From Clostridia bacterium (GTDB taxonomy: Bacteria > Bacillota > Clostridia > Oscillospirales > CAG-272), in NCBI GenBank assembly GCA_017501225.1, contig JAFVXH010000006.1, positions 882-64,881 of the forward strand: a DNA stretch of 64,000 nucleotides. The letters run 5' to 3'. The number at the start of each line of letters is the position of its first letter. Position 1 is the stretch's first letter. Below, piece after piece: positions 37,522 to 46,638 of the stretch. The notes beneath the pieces were generated by a model that saw only the letters and a list, made by a program, of their open reading frames with translations, was not told the origin of the DNA and did no database searches. The translations under genes and the position numbers were made by a program.

Positions 37522-38439
37522 TTATTTTGGGTTGTGATGCTGATGCGCCACGTGTGCCAAGAAAATGGCGGCGGCGGTGGAAACGTTAAAGGAATTGACC
37601 TTTCCGTACATCTGAATGGATACGATGCCGTCGCAGGTCTTCTTGACCAGCTGGGAAACACCGTCCCCCTCACTGCCAAGCACGATGGCGCAGGGACCGC
37701 GGAAATCGGTCTGATACAGATCCTGACCGCCTGCCTCCGCGGCATAGGTCCAGACGCCCGCCTTTTTGAGCTGCTCGACGGTGCTTGCGATGTTGGCGAC
37801 CTTTGCGATGGCGAGATGCTCGATGGCTCCCGCCGATGCCTTGGATACCAAGGGGGTAAGACCTACTGCACGACGCTTCGGGATGATCAGTCCGTGCGCT
37901 CCGCAGCACTCGGCACAGCGGATGATGGCACCGAGATTATAGGGATCGGTGACACCGTCGCAAATGACGATCAGAGGTGCCTCGCCCCGCTCCTGCGCGA
38001 TGGCAAGGATATCCTCGACCGAGCAGTATTCCTTTTCGGCGGCAAACGCGATCACCCCCTGATGCGGAGCATACCCCGCAAGGGCGTCCAGCTTGGGCTT
38101 TTCGGTTTCGATGACGGGAATGCCGCGCTCGATCGCCTGCGCGACAAGGGCTACGATCGAGCCCGTGCGCTCACCGCGCTGAACCAGCAGCTTGTCCACG
38201 TCGCGCTCGGTACGAAGCAGCTCACGAACGGCGTTCCGTCCGATGATGGCGCCGTTTTCGTATTCGCCGTGGATGCTCTCGGAGGACGCGGCGTCCTTTT
38301 GCTGAATGGGTGCCTCTTTTTTTGGAGCGCGGGGAGGATGCTTTTCAAATTTGCGGTCCTTTCCCGCACCGCGGCGAAGCTCACCCGAGGATGTATGTTT
38401 TTTGCCGTAAAATTCTTTTTTTGACTTTTCCTGTTCCAT
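37522..38439 (-). CDS. rlmB: 23S rRNA (Gm2251) 2'-O-methyltransferase, TrmH/SpoU family
   Basis: IIGRNAVRE, HQGVIA, DGVTDPYNLGAIIR, KASAGA, LGSEGDGV, SFNVSTAA; start could be 38478. Confidence 0.92.
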   Translation of the reverse strand: MEQEKSKKEFYGKKHTSSGELRRGAGKDRKFEKHPPRAPKKEAPIQQKDAASSESIHGEYENGAIIGRNAVRELLRTERDVDKLLVQRGERTGSIVALVAQAIERGIPVIETEKPKLDALAGYAPHQGVIAFAAEKEYCSVEDILAIAQERGEAPLIVICDGVTDPYNLGAIIRCAECCGAHGLIIPKRRAVGLTPLVSKASAGAIEHLAIAKVANIASTVEQLKKAGVWTYAAEAGGQDLYQTDFRGPCAIVLGSEGDGVSQLVKKTCDGIVSIQMYGKVNSFNVSTAAAIFLAHVAHQHHNPK

Positions 38440-38726
38440 GGATGTCGGGCAGTCCTTTCCGTTTTTTTGGAAATCCAATCATATTACCCATATTATAACA
38501 TAAAAATTTCGGTTTGTATATAATATTTTTGCAAATATTCGGCGCAGAGGGCGGATTTTTGCTCGACAGAATTCGAAATGATGCGCAAAATGGGACGCGC
38601 GAGGGCAAAACGTGTTGAAACAGATCCTTTTTCGCTTACGGTGTGGAGTTACGAAAAAAATTGAAAAAAACAGAAAAAAAGGCTTGACAACCGAAAATCG
38701 GTGTGGTATGATATATAGGTCAGCAC

Positions 38727-38819
38727 GGAGAGATGGCTGAGCTGGTCTAAGGCGCACGACTGGAAATCGTGTGTTCGGCTAATAACCGACCGGGAGTTCG
38801 AATCTCCCTCTCTCCGCCA
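38727..38819 (+). tRNA. tRNA-Ser(GGA)
   Basis: GGAGAGATGGCTGAGCTGGTCTAAGGCGCACGACTGGAAATCGTGTGTTCGGCTAATAACCGACCGGGAGTTCGAATCTCCCTCTCTCCGCCA; promoter TTGACA-17-TATGAT at 38684-38712; terminator 38820-38860. Confidence 0.98.
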
Positions 38820-38995
38820 AAAACAAAGGCATCACCCAACAGGGAGGTGCCTTTGTTTTTGATGGAGAGCCGGTTGCGAGAATGCCCCGCATTTGCCAAA
38901 TGACAGAATGAGATCTTGGTATACAAAAGGGGCAAATGCACACGAGCAGAGGCGGACAGGACACCGCCGTCGCGCCGCAGGCGTGCTGCGAAGTT

Positions 38996-39022
38996 GAGTT
39001 CAGAATCTCCCTCTCTCCGCCA
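38996..39022 (+). repeat. Second copy of the tRNA-Ser 3' end with a 1-nt insertion in the T loop
   Basis: GAGTTCAGAATCTCCCTCTCTCCGCCA versus GAGTTCGAATCTCCCTCTCTCCGCCA. Confidence 0.93.
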
Positions 39023-39056
39023 AAAAATCCAACTCTAAGGAGTTGGATTTTTTCAT

Positions 39057-39245
39057 TTGTGCCGAGGGCACAACATCATTTGACCGGAGGTCAACATCGT
39101 TTCGGAGCGAGAAGTTGCTTCGCAACCTCGCGAGAACATCATTGCCGTGTTACGGCACAAATGAACGATGTTGCGACAAGTCGCAAATGATGTGCTTCGC
39201 AATGATGTGATGCTTCGCATCAATGAAGTTGCGCTCCGCGCAAAC
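39057..39245. other. Branched palindromic element (AACATCAT / ATGATGT units, each followed by a short hairpin)
   Basis: AACATC(A/G)T at 39072, 39093, 39135; complementary A(C/T)GA(T/A)GT at 39166, 39187, 39202, 39223; internal hairpins such as TTGACC-gga-GGTCAA and TGCGAC-aa-GTCGCA. Confidence 0.75.
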
Positions 39246-39382
39246 GGAAAGCGGGCGGTGCCTTTGTTTTTTGTGGAAAGAAGCACACGATGAAGAGCTC
39301 CGCGAATTGTCGCTTGCGGCAATTACGCCATAGCGTGCGCATAGATAAATAAGGGATTAAGGGCGCACGGTCGCGCACGCTT

Positions 39383-39402
39383 GAGTTCCGAATCTCCCAT
39401 CT
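39383..39402 (+). repeat. Third, degenerate copy of the tRNA-Ser 3' end
   Basis: GAGTTCCGAATCTCCCATCT, with an extra base at the same T-loop position as copy 2. Confidence 0.7.
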
Positions 39403-39496
39403 AAATGCTTTTCTCATCCATAAGTGCAATGCTTGATCCATACAGAAATAACGATTAAAAATTTTCTCTTTTTTGGATTTTTTTCGAAAAAAGTAC

Positions 39497-39551
39497 TTGA
39501 CAAATACTGTTTTGTGGTGTAAAATACGATAGTAGTTAGCAGCGGCTAACT
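39497..39551 (+). promoter_or_regulatory. feo promoter and putative DtxR/IdeR-type operator
   Basis: TTGACA-17-TAAAAT (39497-39525), then AGTTAGC-agcg-GCTAACT (39534-39551). Confidence 0.7.
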
Positions 39552-39597
39552 CTATTGGAGAAGCTGCTCATCCAAAACAGGCAGAAGGGAAAAACAA

Positions 39598-39819
39598 ATG
39601 AAAACATTAGGGGACGTTCGGGTAGGAGAACGCGTCAAGGTCGTCAAGCTGCACGGCGAGGGCGCGTTGCGTCGAAGAATCATGGATATGGGGATTACCA
39701 AGGGCGTGGAGATCTACGTGCGCAAGGTAGCCCCCCTGGGAGATCCGATTGAAATGACGTTGCGCGGATACGAGCTTTCCATGCGTAAGGATGACGCGCA
39801 AATGGTCGAGGTAGAGTGA
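39598..39819 (+). CDS. feoA: Ferrous iron transport protein A
   Basis: LRRRIMDMGITKG..VRKVAPLGDPIE..LRGYELSMRK. Confidence 0.96.
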   Translation: MKTLGDVRVGERVKVVKLHGEGALRRRIMDMGITKGVEIYVRKVAPLGDPIEMTLRGYELSMRKDDAQMVEVE

Positions 39820-39866
39820 TCCCACTTTTATGATCGGGAGAGCTCTCCTCTTTATTTCGACGAAAT

Positions 39867-39884
39867 GGTTAGCCTCGGCTAACC
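39867..39884. promoter_or_regulatory. Second GTTAGC-N4-GCTAAC palindrome between feoA and feoB
   Basis: GGTTAGC-ctcg-GCTAACC. Confidence 0.6.
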
Positions 39885-39907
39885 GAATGCAATAGACAGA
39901 AAGGAAC

Positions 39908-42073
39908 ATGGCAATGGATATCAAAATTGCTTTGGTTGGAAATCCGAACTGTGGCAAAACCACGCTCTTCAATGCGCTCACGGGGTCCAATCAGTACGTT
40001 GGAAACTGGCCCGGTGTGACGGTGGAAAAGAAGGAGGGAAGGCTCAAGCGGCACGATGACGTGATCATCACGGACCTTCCGGGAATTTATTCGCTTTCTC
40101 CCTACACTGCGGAGGAGGTCGTGGCGCGTGACTATCTGGTCAAGGAGCGTCCCGATGCCATTCTGAACATTGTGGACGGTACCAATCTTGAGCGCAATCT
40201 CTATCTGACGACACAGCTGACCGAGATGGGAATTCCCGTGGTGATCGCCATCAACATGATGGACGTGGTCGAAAAGCGGGGAGATCACATTGATATTACC
40301 CGCCTTTCCAAGGGGCTCGGGTGTCGGATCGTCGAGATCTCGGCGCTCAAGAGTACGGGTATTCACGAGGCGGCAGAGCTCGCCATCGAGGCGGCACAAG
40401 GCAAGAGAAACACGCCAAGACATATTTTTTCGGGTAGCGTTGAGCATGCCATCGCGCACGTCGAGGAGGCGCTTGTGCACGACATGCCGGAGGAAAAGCA
40501 GCGCTGGTATGCCATCAAGCTCTTTGAGCGTGACGCACGCGTCCTGGAGGAGCTTGCGGTCAGCGAGGAAAAGCGCATGCACATCGAGCGTGACATCCGA
40601 GAGGTGGAGGAGCTGATGGAGGATGACGCGGAGGCGATCATCACCAACGAGCGCTATCTTTATATTACCAATCTGCTTTCGACCTGCTATCAGAAAAAAA
40701 CGCAGGGTATGACGCTTTCGGATAAGATCGACAGCGTGCTGACGCACCGTGTGTTTGCACTTCCGATCTTTGCGGGAATGATGTTTCTGGTTTACGCCAT
40801 TGCGATGGGCTCGTGGCCCATCTCCATCGGTACCATCGGCACCGACTGGGCAAACGACGTCCTGTTCGGTGAGTGGGTCCCCGCACTGTTTGATAAGCTT
40901 TTGCTTGGCGCGGACGGAGCTCCGATTGTGGCGGGCTGGCTTTACGACCTGATCCAGAACGGCATCGTCGCAGGCGTTGGTGCGGTTTTGGGATTCGTTC
41001 CGCAGATGCTGATCCTGTTTTTGCTGCTCTCCATTCTGGAGGACTGCGGATACATGTCGCGCATCGCCTTTATTATGGACCGCATCTTCCGCAGATTCGG
41101 ACTGTCCGGAAAATCCTTTATTCCCATGCTCGTGGCAACCGGATGCGGCGTTCCCGGTATTATGGCAAGCCGTACCATCGAGCAGGAGAACGATCGTCGC
41201 ATGACCATCATTACCACAGGCTTTATCCCGTGCGGTGCCAAGATGCCTATCGTAGGACTTTTTGCGGGCGCGGTGTTCGGAAATTCTCCCTTGGTGGCGA
41301 CCTCGGCGTTCTTTATCGGCATTGCCGCCGTTGCCGTTTCGGGAATCATCCTCAAAAAGTTCAAGGCGTTCTCGGGTGAGCCCTCTCCCTTTGTGATGGA
41401 GCTGCCTGCCTATCACGCCCCCGTGCCGAGCAACGTTCTGCGTGCGACCTGGGAGCGCGGATGGGACTTTATCAAGCGCGCGGGAACGGTGATCCTCGTT
41501 TCCTCCATCGTGCTTTGGTTCTTGCAGAATTACGGCTTTACCAACGGCGCCTTCGGTGCTGTGACGGATAACAATCACTCTCTGCTTGCGGTGGCGAGCA
41601 AGGCGATCTCCTGGATCTTCTATCCCATCGGCTGGATGGGTGAGATGGCTTGGAAGGCGACCGTTGCTACCTTTACGGGTCTGATCGCAAAGGAGGAGAT
41701 CGTCATGACGCTGGAAACGCTGTACCAGAATGCGGGAACGGATCTGGAAAGCGCGATCCGCGTGGATTTCGGAGCATTGACGACCTACAGCTTTATGATC
41801 TTCAACCTGCTCTGCGCACCCTGCTTTGCGGCGATCGGAGCCATCAAGCGTGAGATGAACAGCTGGAAGTGGACGGCGTTTACGCTGACCTATATGACGG
41901 GCTTTGCGTATCTGATCTCGATGATCGTCTATCAGATTGGCGGACTGTTTACGGGGGAGACGACCTTTGGCGTTTTTACCGTGATCGCAACCGTTCTTCT
42001 TTGCGTGCTGCTGTACCTGCTGTTTTGCGAAAACAAATATCAGACCGCCAACGGACAAAGGAAGGCGGAATAA
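39908..42073 (+). CDS. feoB: Ferrous iron transport protein B
   Basis: GNPNCGKTTLFNALTG, GNWPGVTVE, DLPGIYSL, NMMD; gate motifs GCGVP, PCGAK, FVMELP. Confidence 0.97.
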   Translation: MAMDIKIALVGNPNCGKTTLFNALTGSNQYVGNWPGVTVEKKEGRLKRHDDVIITDLPGIYSLSPYTAEEVVARDYLVKERPDAILNIVDGTNLERNLYLTTQLTEMGIPVVIAINMMDVVEKRGDHIDITRLSKGLGCRIVEISALKSTGIHEAAELAIEAAQGKRNTPRHIFSGSVEHAIAHVEEALVHDMPEEKQRWYAIKLFERDARVLEELAVSEEKRMHIERDIREVEELMEDDAEAIITNERYLYITNLLSTCYQKKTQGMTLSDKIDSVLTHRVFALPIFAGMMFLVYAIAMGSWPISIGTIGTDWANDVLFGEWVPALFDKLLLGADGAPIVAGWLYDLIQNGIVAGVGAVLGFVPQMLILFLLLSILEDCGYMSRIAFIMDRIFRRFGLSGKSFIPMLVATGCGVPGIMASRTIEQENDRRMTIITTGFIPCGAKMPIVGLFAGAVFGNSPLVATSAFFIGIAAVAVSGIILKKFKAFSGEPSPFVMELPAYHAPVPSNVLRATWERGWDFIKRAGTVILVSSIVLWFLQNYGFTNGAFGAVTDNNHSLLAVASKAISWIFYPIGWMGEMAWKATVATFTGLIAKEEIVMTLETLYQNAGTDLESAIRVDFGALTTYSFMIFNLLCAPCFAAIGAIKREMNSWKWTAFTLTYMTGFAYLISMIVYQIGGLFTGETTFGVFTVIATVLLCVLLYLLFCENKYQTANGQRKAE

Positions 42074-42105
42074 TATCTAATCTCAATCAGAAAGGAGAGA
42101 ACACG

Positions 42106-42267
42106 ATGCCAACGATTTTGGTTTCCGCGGCGTTGATCCTCATCGTCGGAGCAATCGTCTTTGGATGGATCCGTAACAAAAAGAACGGAAAAAGCTCGTG
42201 CTGCTCCTCCTGCGCGGGCTGCTCGATGGCAGAGCTTTGCCACAAGAAAAAGAAGGATACCGAATAA
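42106..42267 (+). CDS. FeoB-associated Cys-rich membrane protein
   Basis: N-terminal TM plus CCSSCAGCSMAELC; AGAAAGGAG RBS; directly after feoB. Confidence 0.85.
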   Translation: MPTILVSAALILIVGAIVFGWIRNKKNGKSSCCSSCAGCSMAELCHKKKKDTE

Positions 42268-42379
42268 AAAAGGAACGGGGAAGGGCACAGCGCTTTGGGG
42301 CGTGCGCTTCCCCGATATTTTTTCAGAGAAAAATGCAAAAAAACTATTGACAAGGGAAAGGCATGCGTGCTATACTGTA

Positions 42380-42666
42380 TCAAACCGTTGATGCGGAGAT
42401 CACGCCGACGACGACCTTACAGAGAGCCCGCGATGCTGGAAATCGGGTAGGAAACGAATCGGCAAATGGACCGCGGAGGGCGCAGTCAAAGGAAAAACCG
42501 TTTTCCGAGTATTCTGCGACGCAAGACCTGCGTTACGGGCTAGGATATATCAGTATCCAAAAAGAGCACAGCATGGGCTGTGAAGCAAGGTGGCACCGCG
42601 AATCGGGATCTGTCCCATTTCGTCCTTGACAGAAGAAAGGATTCTGTCGGGGACTTTTTGTTTTTC
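42380..42666 (+). promoter_or_regulatory. T-box riboswitch, Trp specifier
   Basis: AGAGAG box, GCTG-GAA distal loop, specifier TGG at 42467-42469, T-box AAGGTGGCACCGCG at 42587-42600, terminator with T run; promoter TTGACA-18-TATACT at 42347-42376. Confidence 0.88.
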
Positions 42667-42765
42667 GACGGAAAAAGGAGAGCGACATGAAACGATGGCG
42701 ATGGCGATCTGCAAAAAATCACAAGACGAAATTTGAACATCAAACGCATTACGGAGGAAACGGTT

Positions 42766-43983
42766 ATGAAATTTAACAATATTGATTTTGATACATATTT
42801 TAAGCACTATCCCGATGAAAACGGCTATTTCGGCAAATACGGCGGCGCGTACATCTCTCCTGAATTGAAGGTCGCGATGGACGAGATCACCGAGGCGTAT
42901 TTCACCATCTGCAAGTCCTCAAAGTTCATCGGAGAGCTGCGTAAGATCCGAAAGGAGTTCCAGGGAAGACCGACACCGATCTCCTATCTGGAGCGACTCT
43001 CGACCAGCCTTGGAAACGTACAGCTTTACGTCAAGCGCGAGGACCTGAACCACACGGGTGCGCACAAGCTCAATCACTGCATGGGCGAGGCATTGCTTGC
43101 AAAGTATATGGGCAAAAAGAAGGTCATCGCCGAAACGGGCGCGGGACAGCACGGCGTAGCTCTTGCCACGGCTGCGGCTTATTTCGGTCTGGAATGCGAC
43201 ATTTACATGGGCTCTGTGGATATCAAAAAGCAGGCTCCGAACGTCGCGCGCATGAAGATCCTCGGTGCGAACGTCATTGAGGTCACGCACGGCCTTGCAA
43301 CCTTAAAGGAGGCGGTGGATGCCGCGTTCGAGGCGTACGCAAAGGAGTATAAGACCGCGATCTATTGCATCGGCTCGGTTTTGGGGCCGCACCCTTTCCC
43401 GATGATGGTGCGCGATTTCCAGAGCGTGGTCGGAATCGAGGCGCGTGAGCAGTTCCTCGGTATGACGGGTGAGCTCCCCGACGCGGTGGTCGCGTGCGTG
43501 GGCGGCGGCTCGAACGCCATGGGCATGTTCTCGGGCTTTTTGAACGACGCGGTGGATATTTACGGCGTCGAGCCCTTGGGCAGAGGCTCGGCACTGGGCG
43601 ATCACGCGGCAAGCCTTACCTACGGCGAGGAGGGCATCATGCACGGCTTTAACAGCATCATGCTCAAGGATGAGAACGGTGAGCCCGCTCCCGTGTATTC
43701 GGTGGCGAGCGGCTTGGATTACCCCTCGTCGGGTCCCGAGCACGCCTTTTTGCACGACCTTGGCAGAGTCAAGTATGACGTGATCTCGGATGAGGAAACG
43801 GTGGACGCGTTCTTTACACTTTCCCGTCTTGAGGGGATCATTCCCGCCATCGAAAGCGCACACGCGGTCGCGTACGGCATCAAGCTTGCAAAGACGCTCA
43901 AGAAGGGCTCTGTCCTGATCTGTCTGTCGGGCAGAGGCGATAAGGATATGGACTTTATCATCGACAAATACGGAATTCGCTAA
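42766..43983 (+). CDS. trpB: Tryptophan synthase beta chain (stand-alone)
   Basis: [22 protein letters not shown] (PLP Lys), [43 protein letters not shown]. Confidence 0.96.
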   Translation: MKFNNIDFDTYFKHYPDENGYFGKYGGAYISPELKVAMDEITEAYFTICKSSKFIGELRKIRKEFQGRPTPISYLERLSTSLGNVQLYVKREDLNHTGAHKLNHCMGEALLAKYMGKKKVIAETGAGQHGVALATAAAYFGLECDIYMGSVDIKKQAPNVARMKILGANVIEVTHGLATLKEAVDAAFEAYAKEYKTAIYCIGSVLGPHPFPMMVRDFQSVVGIEAREQFLGMTGELPDAVVACVGGGSNAMGMFSGFLNDAVDIYGVEPLGRGSALGDHAASLTYGEEGIMHGFNSIMLKDENGEPAPVYSVASGLDYPSSGPEHAFLHDLGRVKYDVISDEETVDAFFTLSRLEGIIPAIESAHAVAYGIKLAKTLKKGSVLICLSGRGDKDMDFIIDKYGIR

Positions 43984-43997
43984 ACCGCAATGGATCA

Positions 43998-44036
43998 AAA
44001 CGCCCCCGTGCAGAGAATGCACGGGGGCGTTTGTTT
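43998..44036. terminator. Bidirectional intrinsic terminator
   Basis: AAACGCCCCCGTGCA-gagaa-TGCACGGGGGCGTTT. Confidence 0.82.
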
Positions 44037-44037
44037 G

Positions 44038-46638
44038 TTATACCCGGTTTTCCTCGCGGCAGACCATGTAGATGATCTGATACCGCTGAGCAAGGGTGGA
44101 CAGCATGGACTTTGCCGCTGTCAGACGGCGGTCGTCCAGATTGACGAAGGGATCGTCCAAAAGAAGCAGGGGAGCCTCGCCGTCCGCGTAAAGCGCATCT
44201 GCAAGGGAGAGGCGGATGCAAAAGCGTACCGCATCCCGCCAGCCCTGGCTGAAGCTTTCCATCGTATGCGTTTTTCCTCCGTCGCGGAGCTGAACCTCGA
44301 ATTTGGTGTTCATCACGGACTGGGGGGCGTCCTCGCCCACCAGATCGCGAAGGAAGCCTTCGAAGGATGCTTGCATGCTACCAAGATAGCGCACCGAGAG
44401 CGCGTCCTTTGCTTCCTGCAAAAGGCGTTGGGTTTCCTGAATGGTCTTGTAATTCCGATTGTATTCGGCAAGTCGCTCGTCCTCGTGCGCCAAGCGTTCT
44501 TTTACGTAAGGAATGGTATCGGTATCCTGCTCCAACCGCTCGAGCAAGCCCTTTTGCGTTGCGATCTCCTCTTGCAGGTCGTGGATTTTGACCAGCAAAG
44601 ATTTTTCCTGCGCTTCCAGAGCTGCATAGCTGTCGGTGGCTTCCTCGTGCCGATCATCCAGGTGCTTGTCCAGAACAAATTGACGCAGCTCCTCGGATGC
44701 CTTTGCGATCTCCGCACCGAGGCGTATGTATTCGCGGACGCTTTCCTCGATGACGCGGATGCGCTCGCTGACGTGCGTGGGGGCTTCGGGACGGTAGCGC
44801 TTGAGGAAGGGGAGTAGCTCTCTTTGCAGATCCTCCTTGTCAGCAACTGCCGCCGCGAGCTCCTCCTTTTGGCGGAATGCCGCCCTTGCCAGAGCGTGAT
44901 ATTGCGCCACGTCACGCCTTAAATCGTTGAGGACTGTGATGGGAGAATCCGTGCGCGCATCGGCATCCCGATAAAGGGTCAGCCGCTCGAGCAGGCGTGC
45001 GCTGACGTCCTCTATGCGTGCGTTGACGCCCAAAAGCTCCTCGGCAAGCTGTGACGCACGGTCCGCCTGACTGCGTACCTTGCTGACCAGTAAGGAAAAA
45101 TTGCTGACGTCACGCGCAAGATCCTCGCTTGGCGTCACGCCGTAGGCGAGCAACAGATTTCTGATTTCCGCGCGCGCACTGTCCTCGGTTTTTTTGAGCT
45201 TCTGCGCGGATTGCATCAGGGCGTTTTGCTGCTCGGTCTGCTTTTTGCGGTGTGACGAATGCGCAAAGAAACAGATGCCGCCGACGATCACGCAGAGGAT
45301 CCCTCCGATGAGGGATGGAAGGAAGATCGCGGTCTTTGCGAATACGGCACACAGAACCAGAAGCAGAACGCCGATCACAAGGAACAGAACCGAAAAGATT
45401 GCAAGAGGAGAGGTGGGACGCTTTTCCGCGGCGCGTAAGGTAAGCCTTGCGCCTTCCTTGTGCGCGTCCTCCGATGCGCGAAGCAATTCAAAGGCGCGGT
45501 CCAGCGTTTTTTGCGTGGGGAGGCGGTCGGTATGGACCGCGGGAAGCTTTTTTTGCTCCTCCTTGATCGCATCCTTGCGCGAGGTGAGCGTCATTTGCTC
45601 ACGGACGAGGGCGTCCAAGGAGTCGAGCTGCTCCGCCGACGGGATCCCGTTTGCGAATTTTCCTCGCAGCTGCTCCAATTGCGCGGCATCGGGGATGGGA
45701 GCCTCCAGTGCGCTTGCCTTGGTGCGTGCCGCGGATAGCTGCTCGTACAGCGCGCGAGCCTTGGCGCATTCCGCCTCACTCGGAGGAGAGCCCATAAAAT
45801 CATGTTCGATTTGTGCGCGTCGGTTTTTCTTTTCGTTCAGGGCGCTTGTCATCCGAGCTTTCTGCTCCTGCAGAGCAGCGCGCTCACGCGCAAGACTTGC
45901 CTTCTTTTGCTGCTGACGGATCGCTTCTGCTTCAAGCTTGAGCGCGCCAAGCTCTTTTTCCCGCTCCTTCAGGCGTGCCTCCTGATCATGCTGTGCCTGC
46001 AAGCGCATTTGCAGACGCTCCAATTCGCGCTCCAATGCCGCCTTTTCCTGCTCTGCCTCCGCAATGGCACCTCTGCCACCCGTCAGAACGTAGAATTTTC
46101 TGCGCTTTTCCAAAGCGGACAGCGCGTCCTCGTAGGTGTCGATATCGTCCACCGCGTCCAAAAGGCTCCCAAGGCGTGAGGCGATGCTCGCGGTGCTGCT
46201 CTTTTCGGAGATCTCACGCTGAGAAAGATAGGTGCTGCGCTCAAAGCCCTCGGCGTTGATGCCGAACAGCTCCTCGCCCAGAGCCGCGGAATAGGCGGTT
46301 GACGGCAGCTTTGTATCCAAATCAAAGAGGGCAAAGCTGTCCCCCGATTCCTTTGCGCCAAAGTAGCGTTCTACACGGAACGAGCCTTTTTTGGTCTGAA
46401 ATTCCATCGAGCCGCCAAAGGCACCGCCCTGCCAGGGGGCGTATTTTTTGCGCTCGTTGAGGTCAAGATTTTGCTTGGTGGTGGCAGGAAGACCGTAGAG
46501 CATTGCCTTGATAAACACGGCAAGCGTGCTCTTTCCCCAGCCGTTTTCCTGACAAAGGAGATTGAGTCCGTCCGTCAGCTCCATGCTGTAATTTTGAAGC
46601 GTTCCGAAATTGTCGACGTGTAAGCGAAGAATTTTCAC
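44038..46638 (-). CDS. YhaN/SbcC-like SMC-type AAA ATPase with a central TM hairpin
   Basis: Walker A ENGWGKST, long coiled coils, signature FSQG, Walker B LLLLDDPF; two hydrophobic helices mid-protein. Confidence 0.88.
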   Translation of the reverse strand: MKILRLHVDNFGTLQNYSMELTDGLNLLCQENGWGKSTLAVFIKAMLYGLPATTKQNLDLNERKKYAPWQGGAFGGSMEFQTKKGSFRVERYFGAKESGDSFALFDLDTKLPSTAYSAALGEELFGINAEGFERSTYLSQREISEKSSTASIASRLGSLLDAVDDIDTYEDALSALEKRRKFYVLTGGRGAIAEAEQEKAALERELERLQMRLQAQHDQEARLKEREKELGALKLEAEAIRQQQKKASLARERAALQEQKARMTSALNEKKNRRAQIEHDFMGSPPSEAECAKARALYEQLSAARTKASALEAPIPDAAQLEQLRGKFANGIPSAEQLDSLDALVREQMTLTSRKDAIKEEQKKLPAVHTDRLPTQKTLDRAFELLRASEDAHKEGARLTLRAAEKRPTSPLAIFSVLFLVIGVLLLVLCAVFAKTAIFLPSLIGGILCVIVGGICFFAHSSHRKKQTEQQNALMQSAQKLKKTEDSARAEIRNLLLAYGVTPSEDLARDVSNFSLLVSKVRSQADRASQLAEELLGVNARIEDVSARLLERLTLYRDADARTDSPITVLNDLRRDVAQYHALARAAFRQKEELAAAVADKEDLQRELLPFLKRYRPEAPTHVSERIRVIEESVREYIRLGAEIAKASEELRQFVLDKHLDDRHEEATDSYAALEAQEKSLLVKIHDLQEEIATQKGLLERLEQDTDTIPYVKERLAHEDERLAEYNRNYKTIQETQRLLQEAKDALSVRYLGSMQASFEGFLRDLVGEDAPQSVMNTKFEVQLRDGGKTHTMESFSQGWRDAVRFCIRLSLADALYADGEAPLLLLDDPFVNLDDRRLTAAKSMLSTLAQRYQIIYMVCREENRV

